A stretch of DNA of 64,000 nucleotides, taken from Paragordius varius (Eukaryota > Animalia > Nematomorpha). A model generated the notes under the pieces. The model searched no databases and was not told the DNA's origin. It saw only the letters and a list, made by a program, of their open reading frames with translations. The stretch covers positions 8,370,001 through 8,434,000 of the forward strand of contig OZ176054.1 in NCBI GenBank assembly GCA_964247055.1, read 5' to 3'. Below, piece after piece: positions 49,899 through 63,548 of the stretch (position 1 is its first letter; each line of letters starts with the position of its first letter). The translations under genes and the position numbers were made by a program.

Positions 49899-52800
49899 TA
49901 AGATTATTACTAAAGCTATATGACTATTGTTCCAAGTATTATTATCCACTAAAGTTGTTCTGTTAGCCATACCTGCTATTTGATACCTGTTTATTTATAT
50001 TGGATTAATATAAATTTTTTGAATATCTTTTTCATATAAAGAGTAAATTATGTAAAAAATATATATTTTATAGTTAAACAAAAATCAAATACCCATAATC
50101 CCACCAAGACATCACAGTCGCATCTTCAGGCGTATTTTGTCTAAGCCAATAATATGCTTCACGGAAATCATCAATAATAAATCGATTGCTAAATTTTGTA
50201 GAATAGATAGAAGATATACCATTTACAGTTCAAATTCACCCTTGAACAATTCAAATTCACCCTCGAACAATTCAAAATCACCCTTAAACAATTCAAATTC
50301 ACCTTTGAACAATTCAAATTCACCCTAAAAATAGATTATCGAACTAATATAACTCATTATTAATATGTAATATATGTTTATGTTATAGTTTATTATTTTT
50401 TCAGTATTATTTTAATTTAAAACAAAATTTTTATTTTTTAAAAATATATAAAAATATTGGTAATTTTTAATCTTAAAAAACATATATTATATTTGAGGGT
50501 GAATTTGAATTGTTCGAGGGTGAATTTGAATTGTTCAAGGGTGAATTTGAATTGTTCAAGGGTGAATTTGAATTGTTTAAGGGCGAAATTGAATTGTAAA
50601 TGGTATATTAGTCATGCTTAATACATAAACTAACCCTAATATAATGACTTTCTATAAAACCTTTAAGTCATACATCCACTTTTTCAAATTTTTATGTCTG
50701 GAAACCCATAAAGTTTATCATAATTAATCATTTATATCTAAGCATAACATTTTGGAATAATGAAAACAAGGAATAAAATAAATGGATTTATCGTTTTGAT
50801 AATATTTTATCAGAATTTTAACAAAAAGGAGAAGTGGGAGCTAAACATATCTCTCTTAACATTTATAAAAAATATAAAACTAAAAACATTTCTATATTTT
50901 TTGTAAAAATTTAGTATTCAAACCCTTCTCCATCATAGGACGATAAAACAACGGATGGACTTGAATAAGCGTTAGATGTGACCCATGTGCAATGTACAGC
51001 AAACATAAGCAACAATAATATGCATACTAAAACTGTTACTCCTAAAAATATGAGTTTTTTATGGATATATAGTTTCTTTAAACATTTCCTCTGAGAAATC
51101 CTAATATATTTCATTTATCTTTAGGTGATGCATAATATAAAATTTTAGATATCTTTATAATTTACCATTTTCAATATTTAATGTTAAAAAAATTATTAAA
51201 TATAAAGTTTTGTTAAAAAGCACAAAAAATGAAGACTTTATACATAAATTAGATTTTATATGTTTAATACAAATTGTACATAATTAAAGTAATAGGTAAA
51301 CCTTTTAGGCTTGATCCTACACCAGTTTCTTCTTTGGTCGTTGATTGGGTAAAAGATGGGGAATATTTGGAAGTCAGTTTACCAGCCTTAAGATTGGGAT
51401 CAATAAAATTGATTAAAAATTTAAATGAAAATAAAAACAGAACATAATTTGTGTTCTTAAACAGAAATATACAACACAAAGGGCTTCGCAGGCATAGAAA
51501 ATTTTAGCCTTTAAAATACATTTTAATAAAAAAAATTATTTGGAATTCGAAATTTTTTGTTATTTTACATTCGCTGTAGAATACTTTTACAGGACGCACA
51601 AAAGATCTTGAAAAGCTGCTTGTTGGGCACCCTTTCTGTAACTAAAAAAAAATTGCAAAAAAACCTTATCATACAAGGCACGTTTCTCCTTTGTGGCACC
51701 GTATTGAGGTGCCAATGTTTCTTTCATACTGTCATTCAATGTGGCTAAAATGTCACCCGCATTTCCCTCATCATCGTCCTCTTCTAACGTTAAAATGTCC
51801 TTTGATAATCGATGTTTACCCTTTGAAAAAAACAATTTAATGTTTAAATATTCATAAAAAAGTTATATTTACGCGTTTATTTTTATTAAAAACTAAATAA
51901 AACTCACTTTTTCGACCACTGATTCAGAAGACTACAAGGATATGATATATAAAATTGATGTGACAAAATACAAGAAATGACTTCTTATAGAAAAAGTATA
52001 CAAAAGTGTATCAGGTAAAAATTAAGGGATAAATATCAATAATGATGCTACCAACCTTTGCATATATACCATTTGCAGTTAAATCCCTAAACGCTTCAAA
52101 ATGGTCCTTGAACATTACAAGTTGGTCCTTAAACTTATAGAGTTTGGATTTAACCATAAATTTTGCATGTATTTATTAGTTTCTGACCTAATTTTCTTGA
52201 TTTATTATATATATTATTTCAAATTAATATTTTTCATCTAAGAAAACAATTTTTAGTTTCGAACCATTTTTTTCCAATTCAATAATATGATTAAACTATA
52301 AATGTTTTTAACGAAAAATTGTAATTAATAACCTAAAAAACTTATATATTTTTTTCAATTACATGTTAAAATCTTATTAACAATATTTCTTAACAACTTA
52401 AAAAAGATATATGGTTTTTGAATGATCACAAGTTGATTTTGATTTAATAGTTGGGTTGAATCAATAGAACAAATTAAAAATAATAAAATATATTAATGGT
52501 ACACGGTTTGATTGATAAAAGTCAAACGCAATTTAAAAAATTTTAAGGACCAACTTGGGTTCAAGAACACTCTTAGTGCAAATGGTATATTACCAATAAA
52601 TACCAAAATGTCGACTGAAAATTTTAATCACATTTTTGCAATGATTATGAGTTTTACATGCAATCATCCAATATTTGCATCTAAAATGATGCAATAAAAT
52701 TAATTGATTAATTCCGATTTAATTAAACAAATTTTTGTAGATTTGACTTTTAATTAAAAAAAGATGTGATTACGTCTTCAGATTCATCATCGTTTTTGAG

Positions 52801-55800
52801 GTAGGATTCAAATAGGGTTGAAAAAGCTATACTGGCAAGAACACATATAACAGGCGTAAGGGTTAACATAAGACGTACCATTACACCAGCAAAGTATACG
52901 GCACTCATTGCAAAGAGAATGACTAAAAAAGATGAATTATTAAACTATATTTTTTTTATTTTATAAAATCCCTCAAATGTCGGATTTATTCCAGATAAAT
53001 ATTTAGATTTTAATCCCATAAAAGTAAAAATAGTATATGTTATACAAAAAAACTTAATATCGAAAAATAAATTATACAAAATCGTTCCAATGCCAATTTA
53101 AATGTCTCAGTAATTAATAACAATAAATTGTTTATGTTTAATATAGTTAATTAATAGTAAACAATAAACTTACGTATTTTTTAAATTTCAAAAACAACAC
53201 TCAGTAATTCTCCAATTTTTTATGGCATTAGATATTATATAACCTCAACTTAAGTGTATTGCTTCACAAATCTTACTGTTTGTTCGTTAAATAACCTCAG
53301 ATTAGTTTTTTATAATTTTAAATAGCCATTACTATATGTTAGCTAATCTTACTGAAAACACGCGTTTCATTCAGCTTTCCAAAAACGAACCAAAGACCAG
53401 CGGGAAACATGCAAAGCAGGACATGATTATCAAAGAAAAATGAACACCAAGTTGTGGGTTGATGTTCAGAAACACTTACTATGATAGGGATATGGATTTT
53501 AGCGTAACCCGTATCCCACAAGCTATAAAATCGTCCACTCCAGGGTGCAATATAACCTATTTATATAAACCAAAACAGGTAAAAAGTTAAAAATGTAATG
53601 CGTAATTTAGAGATAGTCTCTTTTCAAAAAAATATGTGGCATACTTTTTGTTTTAAGTTAAATATATTTCAAAAGCCATATTTTATACATAACATACTGA
53701 AATTTCAATATATTTAAAATTGGGTATAAAACGGTTACAACACCAACTCCATATACTCTTAAAACCTACCTTAAAAACAGATATTTAGTTTACAAAAAAT
53801 ACTACTATTTTATTATTATTATTACGCCTCACTATTCAAATTTATTAACAATTAATAAAAACTAAATTAAAGTACGCGAGAGGTAAAGAATGATGAAGGA
53901 TTTCAGCAAAATATATATATTTATACAGTTTTTAGTCTATTATATAAATATTACCAAAAATTATATGAAAAAACAATATAATAAATAAGTATTTATTTTT
54001 TTTAAAAAAATATTCAATCCTTTTATATGTATAAATTACCCAAATAGGTAAGAAGGACAACACTGGCAAATACTGCGACTGCGCCCACAATGATTGATGC
54101 AATAAATAGGCGTTTAAATATTTGTTTGGGTATGAAATCACGCAAAAATCTCACAAAGTTATATAAGTGCAATAGGGCAAACACGCCTAATAATAAAATC
54201 AAAGTAATTAAATAATATATATATTTGATTAATAATATAGAAAAATTAAGGTTCCATAATTTCTGTAAAAAATCATATATTTAACCTTGATTTTATTAAA
54301 ATAATCTATTTTTTTAAGTTTTTGCAACCATGATAGAATATAGAGCTAAAATAAGATTTAAAAAAATTGGAGTTTTTCATAAGTTTTTCTATAAATTTAA
54401 ATTATTACTAAAATTAAAACAAACCTGCGGCCGCCATGTGTTCGCTTGTTCTTAGGGGTTGAAACCCAACAAAAGGGATTTCCATTGAAAGAATGAGTCC
54501 AACAATGTAAAAAGTAGTGTAACCTAAAAAATAATTAAAAATAAATAGTATTCGCATGGTTATTAAAAAATCGCTATGTTGTATAGCTAAAATGGCATAT
54601 CGTTTTTGTAAAAACCGATAAAATGGTTATAGATTGTTTTACTTCAAAAAAATCAATTTAGACAGAATTTATCGTATGTAAACTAGAAACGTTACAGCAT
54701 AATAATTAACATCTAAATATATCTATATTCAATTAAAACTTAAATTTTCAAAACTTAACTTAAATAATAATTTTATGTTAAAAAAACATAAATTTAAAAC
54801 ATATTACTTACTTATATATAATTTTTGACTAAATCTTCCCATGATTAGGAGAACAAAAACGTGGAGAGGTATGAGATTTATAATGTACACGTAACCACCC
54901 CAAGCTGAAACCTGTACAAATATTAAATACAGAATCCGTTGATATAAGAAATAATAATACAAGATCTAATACTGTTTAAAGGAAAAAAATATTCGTGAAA
55001 TATTGTAACTCAAACACAATTTTAATATAAACACGTTTTTTCCCATTATAATTTTCCAAAAAAGTCACTTAAAAAGATAAATGTAATCAGAGATTTTTAA
55101 CAATTTATAATGAGGGTATGATAATATTTCAAAATTTGGATATTTTGCGTATCAAAAATAATTTATTACCATGTAAAAATATGAAATTGCAGTCAAACAT
55201 GACCAGTATATAGTTCCAGTTTTGACGGACTTTATCTAAATAGCAAAAATACACTAAAATATTAGACCAAATTTTGTAATTTCAATATATATTAAGTTGA
55301 ACAAAAACGATGAAATTATAATAATTATATTAAAAACAAAATTTACCCAAAGATAATATGTAAACATTAAGGCAAAAATAGCGATTCCCTCGTTGTCATA
55401 GCTACCTGCGACTGATCGGCTTATATAACCGGGAACTAAATGCGAAAATTATATTAAATAAATAATATTAGAAAAATGATAGATAAAAACAAAATCAAAC
55501 CGATCGATATGAAACAAGCGGCAAATAGACCAGCTCCCGTATTCCATAGTTCCTTGGTTAATAAATAGGTAGCTATCGCCGTGAGTCCGCTAAATAAATG
55601 TAAAAAGGTTTTTGAGTTATTATATTCGGAAAAAACAATCTTAGATGTTAATATATCCATAAAAATCGTTTAATATGTGACTAAATAATTACCTAAACAC
55701 AGGAGCTAAAAAGACGCATATATCTTGTATATGAACTGGAATATGTAAAAGATGCAATATATAATGAATCGTTCCGGATGTTATCATTAAACCAGGATAA

Positions 55801-56125
55801 ACCTATTTATTATTTTAATATTATGTAATACAGTGCCTCCAACAATTCTACCAAGCGGATTCCAGGCTCTTTCATCAAACCAGTTTAAAAAATTGTAAAA
55901 ACCGTTTTTAACCATGTAATGAGTTGCGCGATAATTAAACCTATAATATGATAAAAAATAGTACCATGGATCAAATTCGTGAATTATGCTTTCGTAACGG
56001 ATTACGGCAAAGAGTCTTGAACTAAATCCCAAAACCCAAGCAAGAATTAGAACTACACAAGGTATGATGCTCAACCATGCTTGTGGTTTTGAAACAACGC
56101 TTCTAATCGTAGTCGTACTTGACAT
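48370..56125 (-). CDS. STT3B: Oligosaccharyltransferase catalytic subunit STT3B
   Basis: Multi-exon. [20 protein letters not shown]|[66 protein letters not shown]-type residues (SKPxxW, DERAW, IVGG, LYDK-AGK). Last exon either 48393-48370 or read-through to the stop at 48431. Confidence 0.92.
50217..50605. mobile_element. TA-flanked 21-bp-repeat foldback MITE in an STT3B intron
   Basis: TA|TACCATTTACAG ... TGTAAATGGTA|TA with about 5 and 4 repeat units per arm. Lies about 27 nt from the STT3B acceptor at 50189-50190. Confidence 0.8.
52067..52587. mobile_element. Diverged relative of the foldback MITE in an STT3B intron
   Basis: TA|TACCATTTGCA ... TGCAAATGGTA|TA, with inverted TTTAAGGACCAACTTG segments. 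Confidence 0.6.
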
Positions 56126-57009
56126 TTATGCGTAGTGGTCCGACTAAAAAAACACTTTATTTAATGAATGGAGCAATCTGCCACGCTAGTTTTATCAATA
56201 CATCAATACACCAAGTTTTTTAAATATGAATTTTTGTAACAATGGCTTATATAACTTATTATAAATATTAAAACTATTTTTTATTTAGGAGTTCAAATTA
56301 TTTGTGATTTCTTTAGGGAATTAAATATAGCATATAATACATAATATTAATTTAATATTCACGCGTTTTTATTGTAGTTTCAGACTCTAAAATAAAGATA
56401 GCCATCAAATCCTATTAAATATCTGATCAGCATAAAAGTTAACGAATATTTTCTGTCGATTTTGATCTCTTAATTTTTGTGTCCCAGTTGTATTGGGTAG
56501 TTTTATATCCCATATTTGAGTTGATGTTTGTTTCACTAACTAAAATCACACCAAAATAGTTAAGGAGTCAAAGAAAAAAATATCAATAAATATCAGTATA
56601 TTATGTGTAAATATAATTTAATAATAAAAATTTAGTTGTACGTGCTATATTTTTAGATTTTTTTAGTTGATCTTAAAATTTAACATATATTTAAAAATTT
56701 TGTCGGCTAATCGTGCATTTTTTTATATTAAGAGTACTGCTCATGAAAAGCAATAATATTTGGGATTTTTGAAGTCCACATCTAAAAATTAGTTTTATAA
56801 AATATCATTTGCTTTTTATTTGTGATATGTTTTAGTGATTATTTTTCTAAAGAAGCCTCTAGCTTTCACCAAAAAAATTTAATTAAAAAAATATGCGCAA
56901 CCATAATAATCCTGATACATTTTCTTATCAGAATAATATTTCATCAGGTTAAACTTGAAACCCCATGATTTCGGACGCCGTGTTATATTTTTTTATTTAG
57001 GTTTTTTAA

Positions 57010-58700
57010 GAAATTCTTAGCTGCTAACCACCTTTTTTCCCTGTTTCTCGGTCCAAGACCAACTCGTATTTTTACTAGTTAAATCATGTAAGGGACCGAC
57101 TATCATTTCCAATTTTGGTATAAAACGTTTATGAAACGTCAAACAACGTAAAAGACTACGTGACTTTTTATCCACCGGCCTTTTTAGTTTCTTAATTGAC
57201 TTGATTTTGCTTTTACATGGGCTTATACCCTTTTTTGATATTTGAAACCCTAAATAGTTTACTATCATTATTTTATCTTGATTTAAATTTGGCCTTATCG
57301 AGACGACTTAATACGTTATTCAAATTTTTTATGTGTTCACTTTACGTCCTACCAGTCACTAGAACGTCTTCTAAATACTCGCAAGTTCCCGTACTTTCAG
57401 CCAGCATGTTCCATCACCCGTTGAAAGATAATGGGTACCGTGGCGACTCCAAACGGCATGCGTTTGTATCTAAAAACCTTTGTGTGTTGAGATAGTTAAT
57501 AATTATTGACAATCCTATGCAACTGGCATGTGTAGGTATGCATCTTTTAAATCAATTTTTGTGAATGTAAGACATTCGCCTATTTTTGACACCAACTCAT
57601 CAAACGTGGGGATTACATAAGAATCTTCTTGCAACCACTTATTAATCGTTGCTCTAGAGGCACTGCATATTCTTAAGCCATTTGGTTTAAGTACATTAAC
57701 CGTAGGCGTGGCCTATGTCGCAGGTGTAATGTTAGGATCAACCAAATCTAAGATGCCTAACATTTGGAGCCTCGTCAGCTCTTTCTCAACCTTTTATCTC
57801 AATAAAAACGGCACCCTGTGACATGGCCATACTTCTGGGATCGCATTAGTTGCAATGCGAATTACTGGGTCTTTATAGCACCTAACTTATTTTCGAATAA
57901 GTTTTTAAAATTTTTGTAAATCTCTTTTAATATAAATAATTTTAATCTGTGCCATCTCAATCTGAAACTTGGCCATCCAGTCAAGTCAACAGATAAGTGG
58001 TGCTCTCCCCATAGTTTTGCTCAGGACACATATGTCCCCCATCATTTGCCGTTTATCTCCACATTTACGCTTGTGATGCCAATCATTGGAACCGTGTTGT
58101 TGTATGATTTTACCGGCGGCGTCGGTCGCAGTTTTGGCTTGCCTATTTGTTCCCAAGTTGCAAAATTCATTACACATCTCCCCGGTGGTTTCGTTTGTTG
58201 CACGCTCGTCTTCACACAGGACACTTTTTGGATGGGTGCGTGGTGCTGCAATGTTTGCATGCAGTAGGCGATTAATTATTGGTTGTCGGTAGTTCTTATT
58301 TGGTTGTAAACGATTGATATTATTATTGTTGTTACTATATTGTCGATTGCTATTATTATTGTATTTTTTCTGGATAAATTGGCAATGGCTAAAAGGCATC
58401 TTTTTTTAAATCAAATTATTTCAGGGTTATTTTTATCTTTTCACTATTTCTCTTCTCCCGAACAAGCTTTTACTCTTATTTTGTCTATTGAAGATAAAAG
58501 TAATAAAAACACAAAAAGTGGTAAATAGGAGTGTTATTGTTGGTATTAAGTCTTTATTTAAAATTCTATCTAAACTGCTTTTCAGAATGCTTCTTTCATT
58601 TTTAAGGATAACTTACTCAGAGGGCGTTTTTATTTTACTTATTCATATAATTGTCGCGCCAACTCCAATAGAAAGGAACATAAGCAAAACCACACATTTA
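57010..58700 (-). mobile_element. Decayed Ty3/Gypsy (Mag-clade-like) LTR retrotransposon fragment: gag knuckles, partial protease, RT
   Basis: CKHCSTTHPSKKC (CX2CX3HX4C) plus a second knuckle-like CNKRNHRGDVC; WEQIGKPKL..SY..IGIT.V (protease C-half); WATPTVNVLKPNGLRIC, FTKIDLKDAY, RMPFGVA..IFQRVM, YLGFQIS..GISP (RT). Many stops; no integrase or LTR recognised; boundaries approximate. Confidence 0.8.
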
Positions 58701-59959
58701 AAAACTAAAACCTAGCTAAAAATATTGATGGAGTGTCACATATTACTTAGTATTTTCAGTTTAAATTTTATATTAATGTTATTTTCGGTTCAATCGATAA
58801 CACTGGACAACAAATTTTTCTGCCACTCGATATTTTGCATTTCTGATTTTTAGTATCATTTAAACAGTAAATCTGAAATAATAATAACAACTTGTTGGAA
58901 GAATTTTGTATAATTTGATTTCTTTGATTATGCGCCCTCTTTATCAAAATTTTACTAAAAAAATGTTTTTCTTTCAAAATATACAAGTAATGCCCATTCG
59001 TAATATATCATTCGAAAGAGTAATAAAAACTCTATAAAATGCATACTAATATGTATTACATCGACAGTTAATATTGGACACAAAGAGCGACAAACGCGCG
59101 AAGCGACATTTTTTTAATTATTATATTTTAAAAACTAATGGGTGAAAATAGCTTAAACTTTGTTTAGATGGTGAATGTCCAAAAAAGATAACACAAGAAA
59201 GTTTTTTTGATTAAAACATTTTTTTATTGCTTTTATGTCACTCAAAACAGCCATTTTTATGTTTTTTGTTTTTTAAAAAGTACTATCTCATCAATATTAA
59301 TTTATTTTCTTTAGGCTGATAATTTCGAAATTTTAAAGATAAAAACCAAATTTAAGGTATTTTTGATCTTTTATAGCCATTATGTAATAAATTTACAGTA
59401 ACTATGCATTTTTGTATCCACTAGGTAAAATATTTATGATAATAATAATTTTTATTAAAAAAGCAAACAGGAAGCTTTTTCAAACATTTTTTTTAAATTA
59501 AATACTAATATAACCCTAATAATTATAAAATAATTTATATGATTTTCAAATTAGTTTGTCTATGAAAATTCTTGAATTATTTAAGGATTGAAAATTTCGA
59601 CCATTTAAATCCAAAAATTTTTACATCCGATTGATTTAAATGTCTTACTACCATTTAAAAGATGCAGTTTTTTGCGCTCTTTCGAATGATATAAAATACA
59701 TGGCTTCATAACATCAAACTTTTAATTATCGAAATTACGAGTTTAATGTTAAATCGGGGCCAAAAATTATCGATACATTCTAATATAAAAAAATTCTTGA
59801 ATGCTAGACCAATTTTCTTTTCAGATATACTAATTATGTACTTTAATGAAATAAATTTTAAATTTACAAGAATGGCAGTTAAAAAAAGTTTAAATTTGTT
59901 GTCTAGTGTAATACAAATCAGTAATAGTTAAATCAAATTTATCTGCTTCTGCTAGAGCT

Positions 59960-60207
59960 TAAAGGCGTGGCTGGAGGAATGGGGGCGTGGCATCAGGCAC
60001 CATAGTTGAAAGGGTGCGGATTTTAAAAAATTTTAATTTTATTTCAAAAATGTGAATTAAAAAAACGATCAGTTCTTAATTATAATAAATGGGTGGTCAT
60101 GACCACGGTTTGAATTTAATTTTTTTCAAAAATTACAAGGGGTGGCGTGGAGGGGGCGCCATCACGGATTAATGCACCGGGCGCCAGAAATGAAAATTAC
60201 GCCTCAG
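59960..60207. mobile_element. Diverged relative of the 19343-19522 MITE (reverse orientation)
   Basis: AAAGGCGTGGCTGGAGG...GGCACCATAGTTGAAGGG matches the reverse complement of 19343-19522; right end ATTACGCCTCAG. Confidence 0.55.
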
Positions 60208-60318
60208 TGAAGGCTAACAAGTCCAAAACTAGTATACGATAACTATTGGATCATATAAAATCTGCGTTTTATAAAAAACATCTGTTTGTTTTTAATTTAA
60301 AAATATCATAGTTTAATA

Positions 60319-60649
60319 CGGGATTCAACACAATTGGTTTTGCGGCCGCATTTTTAGCTCGAAAAATCCGACGGGCCCCATTCGCAAAATATATGGACAT
60401 TAATAAATATTGTATTAGATTTTAAACATAAAACTGAAAAATCTAACACGATATAACTACCATTTATTTTATAACAGTTCCTGCTAACTCATTCCCAAAA
60501 TTCGGAAAGAGTTATTCAGAAATCAATTTTATTTAGATTTTGTAACGAAAAATATTTTATAAAAATATTTCATATATTTCGCAAACAAATTTGTCGCGGG
60601 CTGCAGAAATATTTCGGAGAGTATGCGGCTTGCGTGTTAAATACCCCTG
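60319..60649. mobile_element. hAT-type MITE (331 bp)
   Basis: CGGGATTCAACAC / GTGTTAAATACCCCTG ends; 8-bp TSD GTTTAATA vs GTTTAATG. Confidence 0.7.
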
Positions 60650-61187
60650 GTTTAATGTATTATTATCATATATGTATATTTTAGTATTTTTTTATGTTTA
60701 ACTTATGTTGGTTACGTGATTAATTACCCTTCATTTACTTAGAATTCGTAAAATACATAAAGCCACATATATCTTAGTATGACAATTTATAAGTTCAAAA
60801 TGGGCTAAAAAACAAAATTCATAGTTAAATATTTAAGTTAATTTTGGTATTTTTTGTAAATAGCCAAAAAACATATAATATTTTACAAAATTAATCGATA
60901 GATAATTTGCTATCGACGATAACTCTGAATATTAACGCCTCTTACGTCGCACAATGTAATATACTATTAGTGTTGCACAAGCGATATAAGTTCATTTTTA
61001 AAAATTATTTTAAACTAACAAGTAAAAATATTTAGAAAAATAATGATTGAATGGCAAAAATAGTAAATCAACAAAAAAATGTGGTAATTTGATAATAATA
61101 ATCAACATATGAGCATAAATAAATTTATTTCGTTTTTCCATAATTAGCAGTGATAATATTAATAATAATTATATGATAAAGGTATTA

Positions 61188-63548
61188 TCATTTGTCATCA
61201 AAACGTTTGATTATGGGTTGAGTATGCATTAAATTTTCCGAAAACGCCAATATTTTTTCTTTGCCCCTAACTTCATTATCCATAAGTGGCAGTTTTGTTA
61301 TGTAAAAACCATCGTATAGATCTTCAATCTATGAAATCAAAATTTTAAATATGGAAATAAAAATGGTTCATAATAATTGGAATTCACAAATTTTTTGGCG
61401 GAAAACGCCATCTTTAAAAAATTGTTTGATTAGTAATATTTTCAAAAATAAATCAAAATATCATGTACCTAAAAATTATGAATCAAAAATTGAATACAGA
61501 AAAACAAATTGGTTTTTGGTTAGAACACAATTTTATTTGTAAAAATGTATAATAAATCTATAAAAAAGTTATTCTCTAGAAAATTATTTACAAAAATTAC
61601 ACCATAATAGTTAATGGATTCAAAAAAAATAATGACAAGAAATATAAGTATATATGTATGTAAAAACATAATTTAAAAATTAACATTTTCTTTTATGAGC
61701 AAAAAAATTCTCTTTATATTTAAAAATCCACTAAAATTTTAACATTTTTAAAATAGTAGATTATATCTATACATTACCTGATCAAGATATTTTTTCTGAA
61801 GCTTAAGCCGTGGTTTACATAGCGTACAAGCCTCATTATTATCATCCGGTAATAAAAGTTGATTTACAATTATGTTGTGAGAATCTATGTGGCATTTAGC
61901 CAATTCCTGAATCAATCTTTCTGTTTCGTAAATCGAAAGGAATTCGGCTATGCAAACACAAACAAATGTAGTTTGTTCCTATGAAATCAAGTTTTAATAC
62001 ATATTAATAAGTAAATAATTTAATATATTTTTGTAAAGAAAAAGATATTTTTGATCCTTATTTTTTTTAAAATAGTTACAATAGCAAAATATATAATTAA
62101 GTGTAATATTAACATATTTATCCCTTATTTCGCCACCCAAACGACAAAGTATGTTAAAAAATAAGTTCCCGTCTAAAAAATATTTGTTCAACCTTTTGCC
62201 AATAAAATTTTGATTTTACTGTAATTCATACATTGTTAAAGAGTACAAACTGAAATATGGGTTATGGATTGTTGGTTTTCAAACCTTATTTAAACAAATA
62301 AATTTTACAAATAGAGTAAAATAATTACCGGATTTTTGAATTGGCTATTAACGAATTTGATTGTGTCTAAAGTTGATTCGAGTTTGGATGCCATTGAATT
62401 GACATTTAAATCACGCTCACCAATCAGACCAGCTATCTAAATATACATTATGACTTATGAGAAGAGATATTGCAATTTTTGTTTAAATTGTATCCAATTT
62501 TTAACGTTTTAAGTATAAATGCCAATATGTATTTGCTATTTAATTATTTACATAATAATAAAATACTTATCAATAAAATATTGAATTTAATTTAACTTAA
62601 CCAAACTGTTAAAAACTAATTTACTTATTCCGGTTATAAAAAAATCGATGAAAGAAATTTTCTAAAACCTGAATGTCTTGCATATATTAAAACTAAGAAC
62701 CATTTACTAAAAATAATCGTTGCAATCCTTTAATAATCTTGGTTTTTATGAACTAAATTGGGACCTGATATGTTCATTAAAAATTTTATATTTTTAAAAA
62801 CTCGTCCTACATTCGGATTATATAACAAAAATGTATACATAAAATTTTGGCAAAAGAAAATTTTTTTTCATCGCAATACATTTAGCGAAAATATATTTGA
62901 TAAAAAAATAAGGGGAATTAGGAATAGATTACCTGAGACACAAAACCCCCAAGACTAGATTTGAGTTGCAATAATTTACCCAACCCTTTTTCAATCACGG
63001 TTGGAAAGAAAAGAAGTCTGAGCGTATGACCAGTAGGTGCTGTGTCAAAAACAACGACAGAAAAATCCATACCCTTTACTAATCTGAATATTAAATTGAA
63101 AAAAAAACTTCATAACTTCTGCATAACTCATGGCTTCGTCTATACCAGGAAAAGCTCCTACTAATTCCTTAATTACAGATTTTCCCATAGACCAACTATC
63201 TAAGATTTAGTTAATATTAAACCATTGTCGGAGAAGTAATCATCAGGCAATTCGTTAATTCCTAAGTTCGGATCTATTTCCTGAATTTTACAAGACTAAT
63301 ACCATAGCAAATAAATTATCAAATCCATTGACCTTTGTTGGAACTTTAGAAAATTTTTGATCAAAGGCATCTGATATATTATGGGCAGGATCGGTAGATA
63401 TAATCAAAACATTTTCTCTAACTTTAGCTAGTTGAACAGCTAAACTGCAACTACAAGTAGTTTTGCCAACACCACCCTTTCCACCCACAAAAATCCACCT
63501 TAATGATTTTTGCTCAATAATATTTTTGCAGGTCGTCAGATCTCCCAT
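61188..63548 (-). CDS. ASNA1: ATPase GET3/ASNA1 (TRC40), tail-anchored protein insertion
   Basis: [71 protein letters not shown] (CXXC), IEDLY..KLPL...EVRG. Introns 63281-63302, 63200-63222 and 63084-63108 plus three longer ones; stop TGA at 61188-61190. Confidence 0.92.

Noticed and set aside
56920-56990. Other CTGATGA cores (minus strand near 56941 and 30311; plus strand near 15177 and 19519)
   Set aside because: None has a paired stem II followed by GAAA and a cleavage triplet, so they are not hammerheads.
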